IMG/VR virus record: IMGVR_UViG_3300048575_000378
Location: 1-45,188 of that record
Origin: a virus
Taxonomy: Duplodnaviria > Caudoviricetes
DNA length: 45,188 bases
Strand: one strand, 5' to 3'
The translations under genes were made by a program, and so were the position numbers. Position 1 is the stretch's first letter. Each line of letters begins with the position of its first letter. This document shows, piece by piece, positions 8,765 through 17,836 of the stretch. The notes under the pieces were generated by a model. The model was not told the origin of the DNA and searched no databases. It was given only the letters and a program-made list of their open reading frames with translations.

Positions 8765-8814
8765 AGGATCGGCCAGAGGCGCCGGGCGATACACCCCTGC
8801 CGCGGCGGGGGTGT
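8765..8814 (-). promoter_or_regulatory. Late promoter for gp46: activator palindrome plus -10 element, leaderless
   Basis: ACACCCCTGCCGCGGCGGGGGTGT (8791-8814), 21 nt, GATCCT, 7 nt, ATG. Confidence 0.7.
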
Positions 8815-9371
8815 CAGCCGCCGGTGATCGTACCGCCGGCGGTGATCGAGCCGCCCACCGTCAGCGAGCCGCCGATCGATACCGAGCCCTCGACCGTGAG
8901 GTTGCCTTTGATGGTCACCGGTCCGTCAAGGGTGATCGCCGGCGCCCTGGCTGTCAAGGTGGTGCCCTCGATCGCCACGTCCTGGCCCTTGACCTTGACG
9001 GCGGTCGCCGCCAGCACGTCGACGCTGCCGTCGGCCTTGCAGTGGATGCGCTGGCCGGCGGCGCCGTAAAGCACGCTCTCGCCGGGCGCGAGGCCGCCCA
9101 TGCGGGCGCCCGGCGCGCCGACCGGCAGGCCGACCAGGTCGCCCTGGTCGCCGCCGACCGCCAGCACCACCATCAGCGAGCCGGCCGGCGGCACGGACGA
9201 CACCCCGAACGGCTGGAGGATTTCGACGTCGCTGCGGTCGACGCCGTTGTGGGTCCGGACCGAGGCCGTCTGGCTCTCGCCGGCGTCGTCGATGGCCAGC
9301 GGCTTGGCACGGACGACGAGGCCGCGCAGGCGATTCTCGATCTCTGTCCAGAGGCTGGACTTGTCGGTCAT
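8814..9371 (-). CDS. Baseplate spike/assembly protein gp45 (V-like)
   Basis: VEILQPFGVSSVPPAG and GLAPGESVLY motifs; C-terminal beta-helix repeats (TVEGSVSIGGSL). Confidence 0.88.
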   Translation of the reverse strand: MTDKSSLWTEIENRLRGLVVRAKPLAIDDAGESQTASVRTHNGVDRSDVEILQPFGVSSVPPAGSLMVVLAVGGDQGDLVGLPVGAPGARMGGLAPGESVLYGAAGQRIHCKADGSVDVLAATAVKVKGQDVAIEGTTLTARAPAITLDGPVTIKGNLTVEGSVSIGGSLTVGGSITAGGTITGG

Positions 9372-10618
9372 TCGAGTGGCTCCGCGGTGACGTCGACGTC
9401 GGTCTTTTTCGTGCGCTTCTTCTTCGATCCGCCGCCGCCGCCACCCTCGTCGTCCGCCTCCTCGAGGAGATCGTAGGCCTCCTTGCCGCACACCCTGAGG
9501 CTGGTCCAGGTGCCGCGCGGCCCGTAGCGCCAGACGGCGCCGGCGATCAGCAGGTCCTTGTCGATGTCCTGGTAGGCGTCGATCACGTGGGCCATCTGGT
9601 TGGCCCGCCACAGCGTGCCGCCCTCGCGCCAGTCGTGCACGTCGTACTCGACGCTGTCGCCGGCGCCGCGGGCGGTCGACACGTACCACTCGGCCTCGCG
9701 CTGCAGCTCCTCGGCCGAGGCCGAGGCGGCGCGCGGCGTCCGCACCGACGGCCGGTAGCGGCCGACCTCGTCGTCGTAGGCGATGCCCAGGATGGTGACG
9801 GCCCGTGCCTCGCGGCCGGTAGCGGCGTCGGCGTCGGCATCCGCGGCGGGCGCGCCGGATGCCGCGTCGAGCGGCTCGGCCGTCGCGTCGAGCGCCGCCT
9901 TGGCCTTGCGCTTGCCACCGGCGTGGCCCGCCTGCCCCTTGACGTAGACCACCGAATAGCGCTTGGAGCCGTCGAAGGTGCCGGCGCCGTAGGCGACGTT
10001 GACGCCGAGCCGGAGATCGCCGGGCGCCCGCCCGGTGCCGGAGCGCGTCAGGATCAGGCCACCGACACCGTCGGAGACCATCAGGATCGCCCGCTTGCGG
10101 GTGTACTTTTCGAGGACGCTCATCACCGTCTCGGTCTGCTCGATCGACACCTTGCGGATCGGCTCGCCGGTGTCGACCTCGGCGGTGACGGTGACGCCGA
10201 ACGGCTGGCAGAGCTTGGCGGCCAGCGCCTCCAGCTTGATCGCCTTGTACTCGACCGGGCCGAGCGGCGCCGCCGCGCAGTCCATCAGGTCGCCGGTGAC
10301 GTCTCGGCCGGAGATGCGCACGCCGACGGAACGGTCGGAGATCTCCGGCGAGGCGATATCGATCCAGCCCTTGAGCACCAGCTCGCCGTCGAGGGTAATT
10401 TTGACCGCCTGGAACGGCTTTAGAACGGCGTTCGAGGGGGTGTTGCGCGAGCCCGGAAGCGCCGCCGCCGAGCGGGCGATGTCGTCGGTTGCCACCTCGA
10501 AAGACGAGCACACCTCGCCAAGGTCGCGGGTGATCGTCACCTCGGTCCACGAGGTGAATCGCGCGCCGTCGATCTCCAGCACCACGCGGCGGGTCGGGAT
10601 GGCGGGCAAGACGCTCAC
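9368..10618 (-). CDS. Baseplate hub protein gp44 (Mu P)
   Basis: SGRDVTGDLMDCAA and RYSVVYVKGQ motifs; GTG start overlaps the upstream stop. Confidence 0.88.
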   Translation of the reverse strand: MSVLPAIPTRRVVLEIDGARFTSWTEVTITRDLGEVCSSFEVATDDIARSAAALPGSRNTPSNAVLKPFQAVKITLDGELVLKGWIDIASPEISDRSVGVRISGRDVTGDLMDCAAAPLGPVEYKAIKLEALAAKLCQPFGVTVTAEVDTGEPIRKVSIEQTETVMSVLEKYTRKRAILMVSDGVGGLILTRSGTGRAPGDLRLGVNVAYGAGTFDGSKRYSVVYVKGQAGHAGGKRKAKAALDATAEPLDAASGAPAADADADAATGREARAVTILGIAYDDEVGRYRPSVRTPRAASASAEELQREAEWYVSTARGAGDSVEYDVHDWREGGTLWRANQMAHVIDAYQDIDKDLLIAGAVWRYGPRGTWTSLRVCGKEAYDLLEEADDEGGGGGGSKKKRTKKTDVDVTAEPLE

Positions 10619-11895
10619 GGCGGCAGCACCTCGATCGTGTCCACGTCGACGATCGACGGATGGGCGAGGCCGTTGCGGCTGACGATGTCCTCGAAGGCGG
10701 CGAGCACCGCCGTCGGATCGTCGCCGGCGACATGCTGGGCGATCACCCAGGCCGACGTCCGGGTCGGCGGCGTGATGGTCAGCACCGACGGCAGCCGGCC
10801 GATGCGATCGTCGAGGTCCTCGTGAATGCGACGGCGCAGCTCGGACAGCGCCCGCCAGGCGTCGTGACGCAGCGTCAGGCTGACGCCGCTGTCGGCGGCC
10901 GAGTAGAGCGCCGCGGCGGCGATCGCCGAGATCGCCGACGACAGCCGCGCACGGGCGGCCTCGGCCTGCTGGCGGCTCTCCCAATCGACGGCGGCGAGCG
11001 GCTCGACCAGCGCCTGGACGGCGCCGATCGCCGTCGCCAGCCAGGCGAGCGACTGTCCCTCGAGATCGGCGTCGGCGGCCTCGGCCGACAGCGCCGCGCC
11101 GATGGCGGCGAGCCCCAGGGCGGTGGCAAGCGGATCGGTCTCGGCCGCCGTCGACCGGCCGGCCGGGCCGACGCCGATCGACGGCGAGGCCGGCGGCACG
11201 CCGGCGCCGGCGAGCCGCCCGAAGGCCGAGGCGATCCAGGTGGCGGCGCCGCCCGCATCGGCAACCGTTGCGGCCGCCGAGGCTGCCGTCGCGCCGTCGA
11301 CGCGGATCGCCGCCGCCACCGAGCCCAACTCGGCGCCGATCGCCGTCGCCGGCAGCGTGTCGACGGCGGTCGACCAGGTCGAGGCGAGCACCCCGGCGAC
11401 GTCGCCGCCGATCAGCGTGTCGGCGAGCGCCGTGGCGCTGGCGATGATGGCGGTCAGCGCGCCGGCGGCCGTGGCGATCGCCGCCAGCGTCGATGCGGCC
11501 GCGCCGGCCGACGGCGACCAGCGCCTGAAAGTGGCATCGAAACGGACGCCACGAATGAAGTCGTCGGTAACGGTCAGTTCGGCGCCGGCCTCGTCGAGGA
11601 TGCAGAGGCGGGCGCCGAACAGCGGATGCACCAGCGTGCCGGGGCCGGGCGCGTTGAACGCCGCCTCCAGCGCCAGGCCGCGCGCCGCCACGTCGTCGCC
11701 GAGGATGTAGCCGGTCACCCGGATCGCCCCGTTGGCGATCCCGAGATCCTCGAAGATGGTCCGGTCGCTGCCCGGCAGGTCGAAGCCCATCAGGCGGCGG
11801 CCGGCCGGCGTCCGGAAATCCGGCACGTGGAAGGCGATGCCGCGCCAGCTGGCGCGGCGGTAGCCGGGTACGGCAACGAGGCGATCGGCCATCAC
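10615..11895 (-). CDS. DNA circularisation protein gp43 (Mu N)
   Basis: RRASWRGIAFHV, FEDLG, GPGTLVHP and RNGLAHP motifs. Confidence 0.88.
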   Translation of the reverse strand: MMADRLVAVPGYRRASWRGIAFHVPDFRTPAGRRLMGFDLPGSDRTIFEDLGIANGAIRVTGYILGDDVAARGLALEAAFNAPGPGTLVHPLFGARLCILDEAGAELTVTDDFIRGVRFDATFRRWSPSAGAAASTLAAIATAAGALTAIIASATALADTLIGGDVAGVLASTWSTAVDTLPATAIGAELGSVAAAIRVDGATAASAAATVADAGGAATWIASAFGRLAGAGVPPASPSIGVGPAGRSTAAETDPLATALGLAAIGAALSAEAADADLEGQSLAWLATAIGAVQALVEPLAAVDWESRQQAEAARARLSSAISAIAAAALYSAADSGVSLTLRHDAWRALSELRRRIHEDLDDRIGRLPSVLTITPPTRTSAWVIAQHVAGDDPTAVLAAFEDIVSRNGLAHPSIVDVDTIEVLPP

Positions 11896-13742
11896 GGCCT
11901 CCCGCCGTTGACGCCGCGATCGGTGACGATCGGCACGGCGGGATTGGTCGATGTCGTCGAGGTGACCGTGCCCGGCCCCTCGATCTTGATCGTCACCTGG
12001 CCGCCGACCTCCGTCTTGGCAGCCGGCGCATAGGGATTGTAGCCCGCCGTCGGCTTGGCCGTGCCGTAGGCGTCATAGCCGCCGGTCGACGGCGACGTCA
12101 CCACCGAGAGCAGCTTGTTCAGAGCCCGGTCGGCGGGCGAACCGTCCGGTCCCCAGCGCTTGTGGTACTCGTCGAGCGTCTTCTGCCAACCCGCCTTTTC
12201 CTCCGGCGTCTCTTCGTGGGACAAGCCCTTAAATATGCTTCCGAAGTTCATTCCCATCTCAAAGAAGGGATAAAGCGCCGCACCTGCGGCAGCGCCGATC
12301 CCCAGCAGACTACGACCTCCGGATGTTGCCGCGGTTCCCGCGGTGGCCGCCGTAACGGCACCTCCGGCCCCACCCCCCATACCGGCCATACCCAGTGCAA
12401 ATCGACCAGCCGCCAAGACTGAAATCGTCTGCAGGATGGCTGACCCAAAATCGATGATCTTGGGTGAGACGCCATCAAGTGCGGAGATCATGCCGTTGAG
12501 CTTTTCTCCCGCCCAGCCGAATGCGGTTATCGCTGTCGTTGTTACCTCCGACATGCGTCGCATAGCCTGCTCGAATTGCTCGAAAGCGCTCTCCTGCTGT
12601 TTCTGCGGCCCGGCCATCCGGGTCGCGAATGCGTCGTCGACGCTGCCGAGGCCGGCCGCGTTGATCTGGTCGCGCAGGCTCTTGTACTCGTCGCGGTGCA
12701 ACAGGTAGGTCGCCAGGAACGTCTTGGACTGCATGTCCGGGAACAGCTCACCGAGCTTGCTGCCCTCGATGGCGTTGGTGACGCGGTCGCGCACCAGCTG
12801 CTCGGTATCGCCGGCCGACAGACCGCGCTCCTTGGCCTCGGCGACGGCCTTGTCGGCGGCGCTGCCGGCACTGGTCGCCTTGATCACCTTGGCGAGCGTC
12901 GCCTCGAGCGGGTCGATGCCCTTGGCCGCGGCGTCCTGTAGCACGGCCGGCATGTCGATACCCGCCTCCAGCATGCGCTTGTTGAACGCCGGGCCGGTCG
13001 ACTGCGACAGGAAATTCTTGAAATTGTTGGCGGCGGTCGCCGGGTCGCCGGCGCCCATCTGCGAGATCTGCAGCAGGGCGCCGATGCGGCCGACCGCGCC
13101 CTCGCCCTTGGATCCCATGGAGGCCATCAGCGGCGCTAGTTCCGGCAGGTATTGCGCCATGCTCTTGAGCTCGAAGGCGCCGAGGCGGCCGGCCTCGTAG
13201 AGCTTGGCGAGGTTGGCCTCCATGCGGTCGGCGCCGATCTCGAAGGACTGGAACAGTGCCTTGCTCGTGGTGGTCATGTCCTCGAGCGCCGCATTGGCGG
13301 CAGTCGCCACCTTGGCGATCTGCGGCACCATGGTGGTGGAGGCATCCTCCGGCAGGCCGGCGCCGATCAGCGCGTTCTGGGCGCCGAGGATATCCTGCGA
13401 GCGCTGGCCGACCGCCTTGGCGGTGGTCTCGGCCCAAACTTCCGTGCGCTTGATCCAGCGCTCGGCCTCCTGGCCGGCCTCGCCGAGGATGATCGCCGTG
13501 TCGCGGGCCGAGGCGTCGAAAGCCGTAAGCGAGAGCAAGCCGGCGGCGAACCCGCCGCTCATCACCAGGCCGAGGGCGCCGAGCCGCTCGGAGATGGCGC
13601 CGATCGACCGGGCGACCGCCCCGAACACGGCGGTGGCGCGGCCGCCCCAGATCCGGATCTTGCCGAGCACGCCGTTGAGCTTGCCGCCGAGATCGTCGCG
13701 GAGGCGCAGCACGACCTGCATGACCATGTCGCGCGCCGCCAT
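11892..13742 (-). CDS. Tail tape measure protein
   Basis: Ala-rich; GAFELKSMAQYLP and AANNFKNFL motifs; follows the chaperone gene. Confidence 0.88.
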   Translation of the reverse strand: MAARDMVMQVVLRLRDDLGGKLNGVLGKIRIWGGRATAVFGAVARSIGAISERLGALGLVMSGGFAAGLLSLTAFDASARDTAIILGEAGQEAERWIKRTEVWAETTAKAVGQRSQDILGAQNALIGAGLPEDASTTMVPQIAKVATAANAALEDMTTTSKALFQSFEIGADRMEANLAKLYEAGRLGAFELKSMAQYLPELAPLMASMGSKGEGAVGRIGALLQISQMGAGDPATAANNFKNFLSQSTGPAFNKRMLEAGIDMPAVLQDAAAKGIDPLEATLAKVIKATSAGSAADKAVAEAKERGLSAGDTEQLVRDRVTNAIEGSKLGELFPDMQSKTFLATYLLHRDEYKSLRDQINAAGLGSVDDAFATRMAGPQKQQESAFEQFEQAMRRMSEVTTTAITAFGWAGEKLNGMISALDGVSPKIIDFGSAILQTISVLAAGRFALGMAGMGGGAGGAVTAATAGTAATSGGRSLLGIGAAAGAALYPFFEMGMNFGSIFKGLSHEETPEEKAGWQKTLDEYHKRWGPDGSPADRALNKLLSVVTSPSTGGYDAYGTAKPTAGYNPYAPAAKTEVGGQVTIKIEGPGTVTSTTSTNPAVPIVTDRGVNGGRP

Positions 13743-13751
13743 CTCGCCTCC

Positions 13752-13914
13752 TCATGTCCGCTTGTTGACCCACTCGAAATGCAGCGACAGGCAGGACGTC
13801 CAGAAAGCGACGCCGACGTCAGTCAGCGCCAGGATGGCGCCCGGTCCGAAGCCGGTGTTGGCGGCGATGTAGCCGAGACGCCGACGCCGCTCGCGCTCGT
13901 CGCCATCAAAAAAA
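13752..13914 (-). CDS. Frameshift extension of the tail assembly chaperone (GT-like)
   Basis: The +1/-2 frame after T7-GA encodes DGDERERRRRLGYIAANTGFGPGAILALTDVGVAFW and ends before the TMP ribosome-binding site. Confidence 0.65.
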
Positions 13915-14328
13915 GCTGTCGAGCACCTCACCGGCTCGGGCGATGTCGCGCATGTCCAGCTTGTCGTAGAGGGCCTTGACGATGGCCGTGTGCTTGCGGA
14001 GCGAGCGGGCCAGCAGCACCACCTGAGCGGTGCCCTTGGAGGCGGCCTGGACGGCGTTGTAATCGCCACCGGTCAAGCGATGCAAAACGAACGTGTCGAA
14101 ACGCTCCTCACGGACGCCGCCCTGGCTCTTGACGGTCACCGCGCGCGGATAGATGAGCGGCAGCGTCACCGAGCCGTCGGCGTTGGCGACGGCGCCCTTG
14201 GGCAGCTTGCGGATCTCGTCGCTGTCGGTCTCGATCGCCTCGACGCCGTCAGGCATGTCGTCGGCCGGTGTCGGCCGCTCGGGCGCGTCGAGGTCGACGA
14301 CGATCTCGGTGGTGTCGGTCTTGCCCAT
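13906..14328 (-). CDS. Tail assembly chaperone gp41
   Basis: Between tube and TMP; motifs LHRLTGGD and LDMRDI; ends AGC TTT TTT TGA. Confidence 0.85.
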   Translation of the reverse strand: MGKTDTTEIVVDLDAPERPTPADDMPDGVEAIETDSDEIRKLPKGAVANADGSVTLPLIYPRAVTVKSQGGVREERFDTFVLHRLTGGDYNAVQAASKGTAQVVLLARSLRKHTAIVKALYDKLDMRDIARAGEVLDSFF

Positions 14329-14687
14329 CAGCTGATCTCCTCATACTGCCCGAAAGCCCACTTGAGGCCGACCTTGCCGCCGTCGCCGCCGGTAAAGTCC
14401 GGCCGATCGGTCATCCAGGCGGCATAGGCGACGATGGTCTGGCCGGTGTCGCAGTGGATTTGCAGCTCGCCCTCCTCGGGGGTGTAGAGGTCCGACGCCC
14501 GCTGCCCCCTGGCGAGAATGGTGGTGATCTCCAGCGTCGAGGCGACAAACTCCTGGGAGCGCGCCGCGCCGCGGCCGTAGACCACCGTCTTGTTCTGGAG
14601 GCCGCCAAGCAAAAACTTGGCGCCGGGCTCCACGGCCAGGGTTCGCCCCATCCAGACGACGTCGATGACGCCAAGCGACTGCGACAT
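14328..14687 (-). CDS. Tail tube protein gp40
   Basis: 119 aa immediately after the sheath gene; FLLGG..N and CDTGQ motifs. Confidence 0.85.
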   Translation of the reverse strand: MSQSLGVIDVVWMGRTLAVEPGAKFLLGGLQNKTVVYGRGAARSQEFVASTLEITTILARGQRASDLYTPEEGELQIHCDTGQTIVAYAAWMTDRPDFTGGDGGKVGLKWAFGQYEEIS

Positions 14688-14699
14688 GCTGCCCTCCTA

Positions 14700-16172
14700 T
14701 CAGGCGGTGAATTCGAGCCGGCCGGCCAGCACGATCAGGTTGCCGATGATCACCACCGGCTGGCGGCCGTTGAGGCGGTTCTTGTCCGAGGCGTCGATCT
14801 CGAACAGCGAGTTGGCCTTGGTGTAGGCGAGGTCCTGAATCCAGCCGGCGTCGAGATACTTCTTGGCGCGGCCGAGCCAGGTGGCGGTCATCTTGCCCGG
14901 CGTGACGATGTCCGGATTGTCCAGGCTGTAGACAGACGGCGCCGCGTCGGCGGCCAGCTTGGAGCGCGGATAGAGGCTGGAGACATAGGTGTTCCAGTCG
15001 TACCTGATCCGGCTCATGGTCTTGGGCACCATGATGTCGAGCCAGGCCTCGTCGTCGATGCCGGCCGCCGTCTTGACGTAGCTGGTGACCACGCGGTTGA
15101 GCGTCACCGTGCCGTCGTCCTGCGGATCGAAGGCGGAAAGCCCCTTGTCGAGCAGCAGATTTTGCTCGGTCGGAGTAAAGCAGTCGATGGAGGCCGGCGC
15201 CATGATGTCCTGCAGCACCAGGCTGCCGAGCTGGCGGGCCGGATCGTCGGTGAGATAGCGGGTGGCGACGCCGCCGAGGGAGGCCGCCCACACCCAGGGC
15301 GGCTGCGGCGCGCCCTTGGCCGGCAGCACCGAGACGTAGGGCGAGTTGCGGGTCGAGGACCAGGTGGTGACGGTGGCGTAGGTGCCGGCGAGGCCGATGT
15401 AGCTGTGCGCATCGAGCTTGGCCATGGCGTTGTAGCGACGCAGCATCTCCGCATCGATCAGCGCCATATTGGCAGAGTCCGACCACTGGACCACGAAATC
15501 CGTGAACCACAGGTTGGTGACGACGTCGAAGACCGCCTGGATGGTCGGGTCGGTAGCGCCGCTGGTGGTCGAGGCGAAAGCCACCGCGATGCCGGCCGGC
15601 GTCGTCTCCCAGGGCCAGTAGTTGAGCCGGAGATCGATGGCGGAACCGCAGGTGCCCTTGGCCTTGGCGGTCAGCGTGACGACACCGGCGGCGGCCGAGG
15701 CGGTGAACGGCAGCGTCGGGTCCGCGGTGATCGCGGTGGCGGTCGCCGTGGCGATGGTGGCGACGGTGTCGGCGACCGACACGCCGACGGCAAGGCGCTT
15801 GCCGCCGATGTAAAGGCAGAGCGTGCCGCTGTCGGTCGGCGCGCCGGTCACCGTGATGGTGCGCACGGCCGCCACGGCGCCGGCCGCGTCGGCGACGCCG
15901 ATCGCCCAGAGCTCGTTGATCTTGTTGTTCTTGCGGAAGGTCGCGACCATCTGGGCAAGCGGAGAGCCGGCGCCGAAGAAGGCGGCGGCCTCGGTGTCGC
16001 GGGTGATCGGCTTGGGCGTCAGTGCCGCCGCCGTGGCGCCCGCGGCCATCTGGCCGACGATCAGCACCTTGGTCGGATAGTCGTAGAGGCCGCGCCGGTC
16101 GTAGCGGGCGGCGATCTCGGCGAGGACGCCCTTGCGCTTCCAGCTGTAGGGGATTTGCTCGAAGGTGATCAT
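14700..16172 (-). CDS. Tail sheath protein gp39 (Mu L)
   Basis: ITFEQIP, FGAGSPLAQM, DPARQL and EQNLLL motifs. Confidence 0.92.
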   Translation of the reverse strand: MITFEQIPYSWKRKGVLAEIAARYDRRGLYDYPTKVLIVGQMAAGATAAALTPKPITRDTEAAAFFGAGSPLAQMVATFRKNNKINELWAIGVADAAGAVAAVRTITVTGAPTDSGTLCLYIGGKRLAVGVSVADTVATIATATATAITADPTLPFTASAAAGVVTLTAKAKGTCGSAIDLRLNYWPWETTPAGIAVAFASTTSGATDPTIQAVFDVVTNLWFTDFVVQWSDSANMALIDAEMLRRYNAMAKLDAHSYIGLAGTYATVTTWSSTRNSPYVSVLPAKGAPQPPWVWAASLGGVATRYLTDDPARQLGSLVLQDIMAPASIDCFTPTEQNLLLDKGLSAFDPQDDGTVTLNRVVTSYVKTAAGIDDEAWLDIMVPKTMSRIRYDWNTYVSSLYPRSKLAADAAPSVYSLDNPDIVTPGKMTATWLGRAKKYLDAGWIQDLAYTKANSLFEIDASDKNRLNGRQPVVIIGNLIVLAGRLEFTA

Positions 16173-16174
16173 GG

Positions 16175-16375
16175 TCAGGCCTTCTTCTTGCCCGTGGTCT
16201 CGGTGGCGATCGGCTTGCCGTCGGCGTCGACCTCGACGATGTCGACGTCGCCGTCGGCGGCACGGCGGCGCCAGAACAGCGTCACCTCCGGATAGAGCCG
16301 GCCGTCGGTCGGCAGCGTCTGGCCGTCCTCGCCGGGGATGACGGACGCGGGGTCCTTGGGCTTGATGAGATACAT
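16175..16375 (-). CDS. gp38-like protein (DUF2635)
   Basis: FWRRRAADGDV motif; precedes the sheath gene. Confidence 0.85.
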   Translation of the reverse strand: MYLIKPKDPASVIPGEDGQTLPTDGRLYPEVTLFWRRRAADGDVDIVEVDADGKPIATETTGKKKA

Positions 16376-16376
16376 C

Positions 16377-16955
16377 TCAGCTCTCCAGGGTGATGAGGCC
16401 GGCGCCGGCGTCGGCGCCGTTGGCCAGCCAGCTGCAGCCGAGCCGCAGGAAATCGTCGAGCGAGGCGCCGGCGATGCCGTCGCCGACGACGATCGGCGCC
16501 TTGACCGTGATCTGGGCGATCGCCATCGTGGCGTCGGCCCACTCGGCCTTGGCGATCTCGCCGACCTCGGTCACCTGCAACGTGGCCACGCCGTCGATGG
16601 TGTGGCCGTGCAACTGGTAGCTGGCCGCCGTGACCATGCCGTAGAGGCCGACGCCGCGGGCGTCGCCGAGGTAGCGGCGCGAGATCGTGGTGTTGTCGAC
16701 GACGAGGTAGATAGCCCAGACGGCATCGCCCTTGACGAGGCGCGTTGCCCCCGGCTTGGGCTCGATGCCGATCCAGGAGATGACGATGCATGGCGAGCGC
16801 TGCGTCACCCGCTGCCACTCCTCTCTCGAGGGCGCCGGCGGCATCATCTGCAGGTCGAACATCGACGCCGGGAACACCGTTCTAAGCCTGTTCGACATGG
16901 CCTCGAACAACCGATGCAGCTGGGTCGGGGTTTCGGGCAGAGGCAGGTCGGCCAT
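16377..16955 (-). CDS. gp37-like tail terminator / head-tail protein
   Basis: ATG at 16955 overlaps the gp36 stop; position; GVGLYGMV motif. Confidence 0.7.
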   Translation of the reverse strand: MADLPLPETPTQLHRLFEAMSNRLRTVFPASMFDLQMMPPAPSREEWQRVTQRSPCIVISWIGIEPKPGATRLVKGDAVWAIYLVVDNTTISRRYLGDARGVGLYGMVTAASYQLHGHTIDGVATLQVTEVGEIAKAEWADATMAIAQITVKAPIVVGDGIAGASLDDFLRLGCSWLANGADAGAGLITLES

Positions 16956-17410
16956 CAGATGATGCCCCCGTAGCGGCCGGAGAGGATCATCGGCTGGCGG
17001 TCCTCGGTCATGGCACCGCTGTCGGCGCCGGCGGCGTCGGCGATGGCGCCGCCGTCCTGGCTGGACGAGGCGCCGGCCACCAGCACCTTGCCCTCGGCCA
17101 CCTTGCCGAGCCAGGCGATGACCTCCTTGCGCGCCTCGATCATCTGGGTGCTCGGCTCGCGGCCGTCGCCCTGGGCCAGCTCGTGGCGGGCGATGGTCAG
17201 CACGGCCGACACCACCTCGAGCGGCGGATCGGCGAGCGGCACCTGGTAGCGGGTGCGCAGGTAGCTGTCGACCAGCGCCGTGGCGACGTCGAGCGCCACC
17301 GCGCAGCGCGCCGCGTCGACCGCCACCTCGGCGCCGTAGGCGGCGCTGAGGCGGGCGATTTCGGTTTCGCCGTAGCGGTCGATCAGCTGCTGGGTGGTGG
17401 CGTAGCTCAT
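16955..17410 (-). CDS. gp36-like head-tail connector (DUF1320)
   Basis: MSYAT, VDSYLRTRYQVPL and IAWLGKVAEGK motifs. Confidence 0.88.
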   Translation of the reverse strand: MSYATTQQLIDRYGETEIARLSAAYGAEVAVDAARCAVALDVATALVDSYLRTRYQVPLADPPLEVVSAVLTIARHELAQGDGREPSTQMIEARKEVIAWLGKVAEGKVLVAGASSSQDGGAIADAAGADSGAMTEDRQPMILSGRYGGII

Positions 17411-17493
17411 GCTGTCCTCTGGTTCGGGGGCGCCCACCGCCTCGTGGCTTCACGCGGGGATGAGCGCGCTTAGGTCCGGCGCCCCCGTGCTCG

Positions 17494-17739
17494 TCAGTCG
17501 GCCTTCTTGGTCTTCGACTTCTTGGTCTCGGCGTCGGGCTCCGGCAGCGCCGGCTCGGGATCGACCTTGTCGGACGACAGCCCCTCGGCATTGGTGGTGT
17601 CCGCGGTCTCGGCCGGCATCTTGACGAGCGTGTCGTCGCCGTCGGCGAGCGCCTCCTCGAGCTGGATGGTCTCGCCGATCTCGACGACGCGGCCGAGGCG
17701 ATAGGTGCGCGAGGCGACGGTGTAGGTCCTGATGGCCAT
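17494..17739 (-). CDS. gp35-like small head protein
   Basis: SD AAGGAG; follows the major capsid gene; acidic and Lys-rich tail. Confidence 0.7.
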   Translation of the reverse strand: MAIRTYTVASRTYRLGRVVEIGETIQLEEALADGDDTLVKMPAETADTTNAEGLSSDKVDPEPALPEPDAETKKSKTKKAD

Positions 17740-17752
17740 GGTGTGCTCCTTG

Positions 17753-17807
17753 CCAGGACGCCGCCTGCGGCGTCCTGGGAAAGAGCGGCGGGGCACCGCC
17801 CCGCCGC
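17753..17807 (-). terminator. Tandem GC hairpins after the major capsid gene (attenuator or stabiliser)
   Basis: 10-bp stem (17785-17807) followed by TCTTT on the minus strand; 12-bp stem (17753-17778). Confidence 0.55.
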
Positions 17808-17836
17808 AGCCGATCGTCGACACGAAACCCTGGCGA

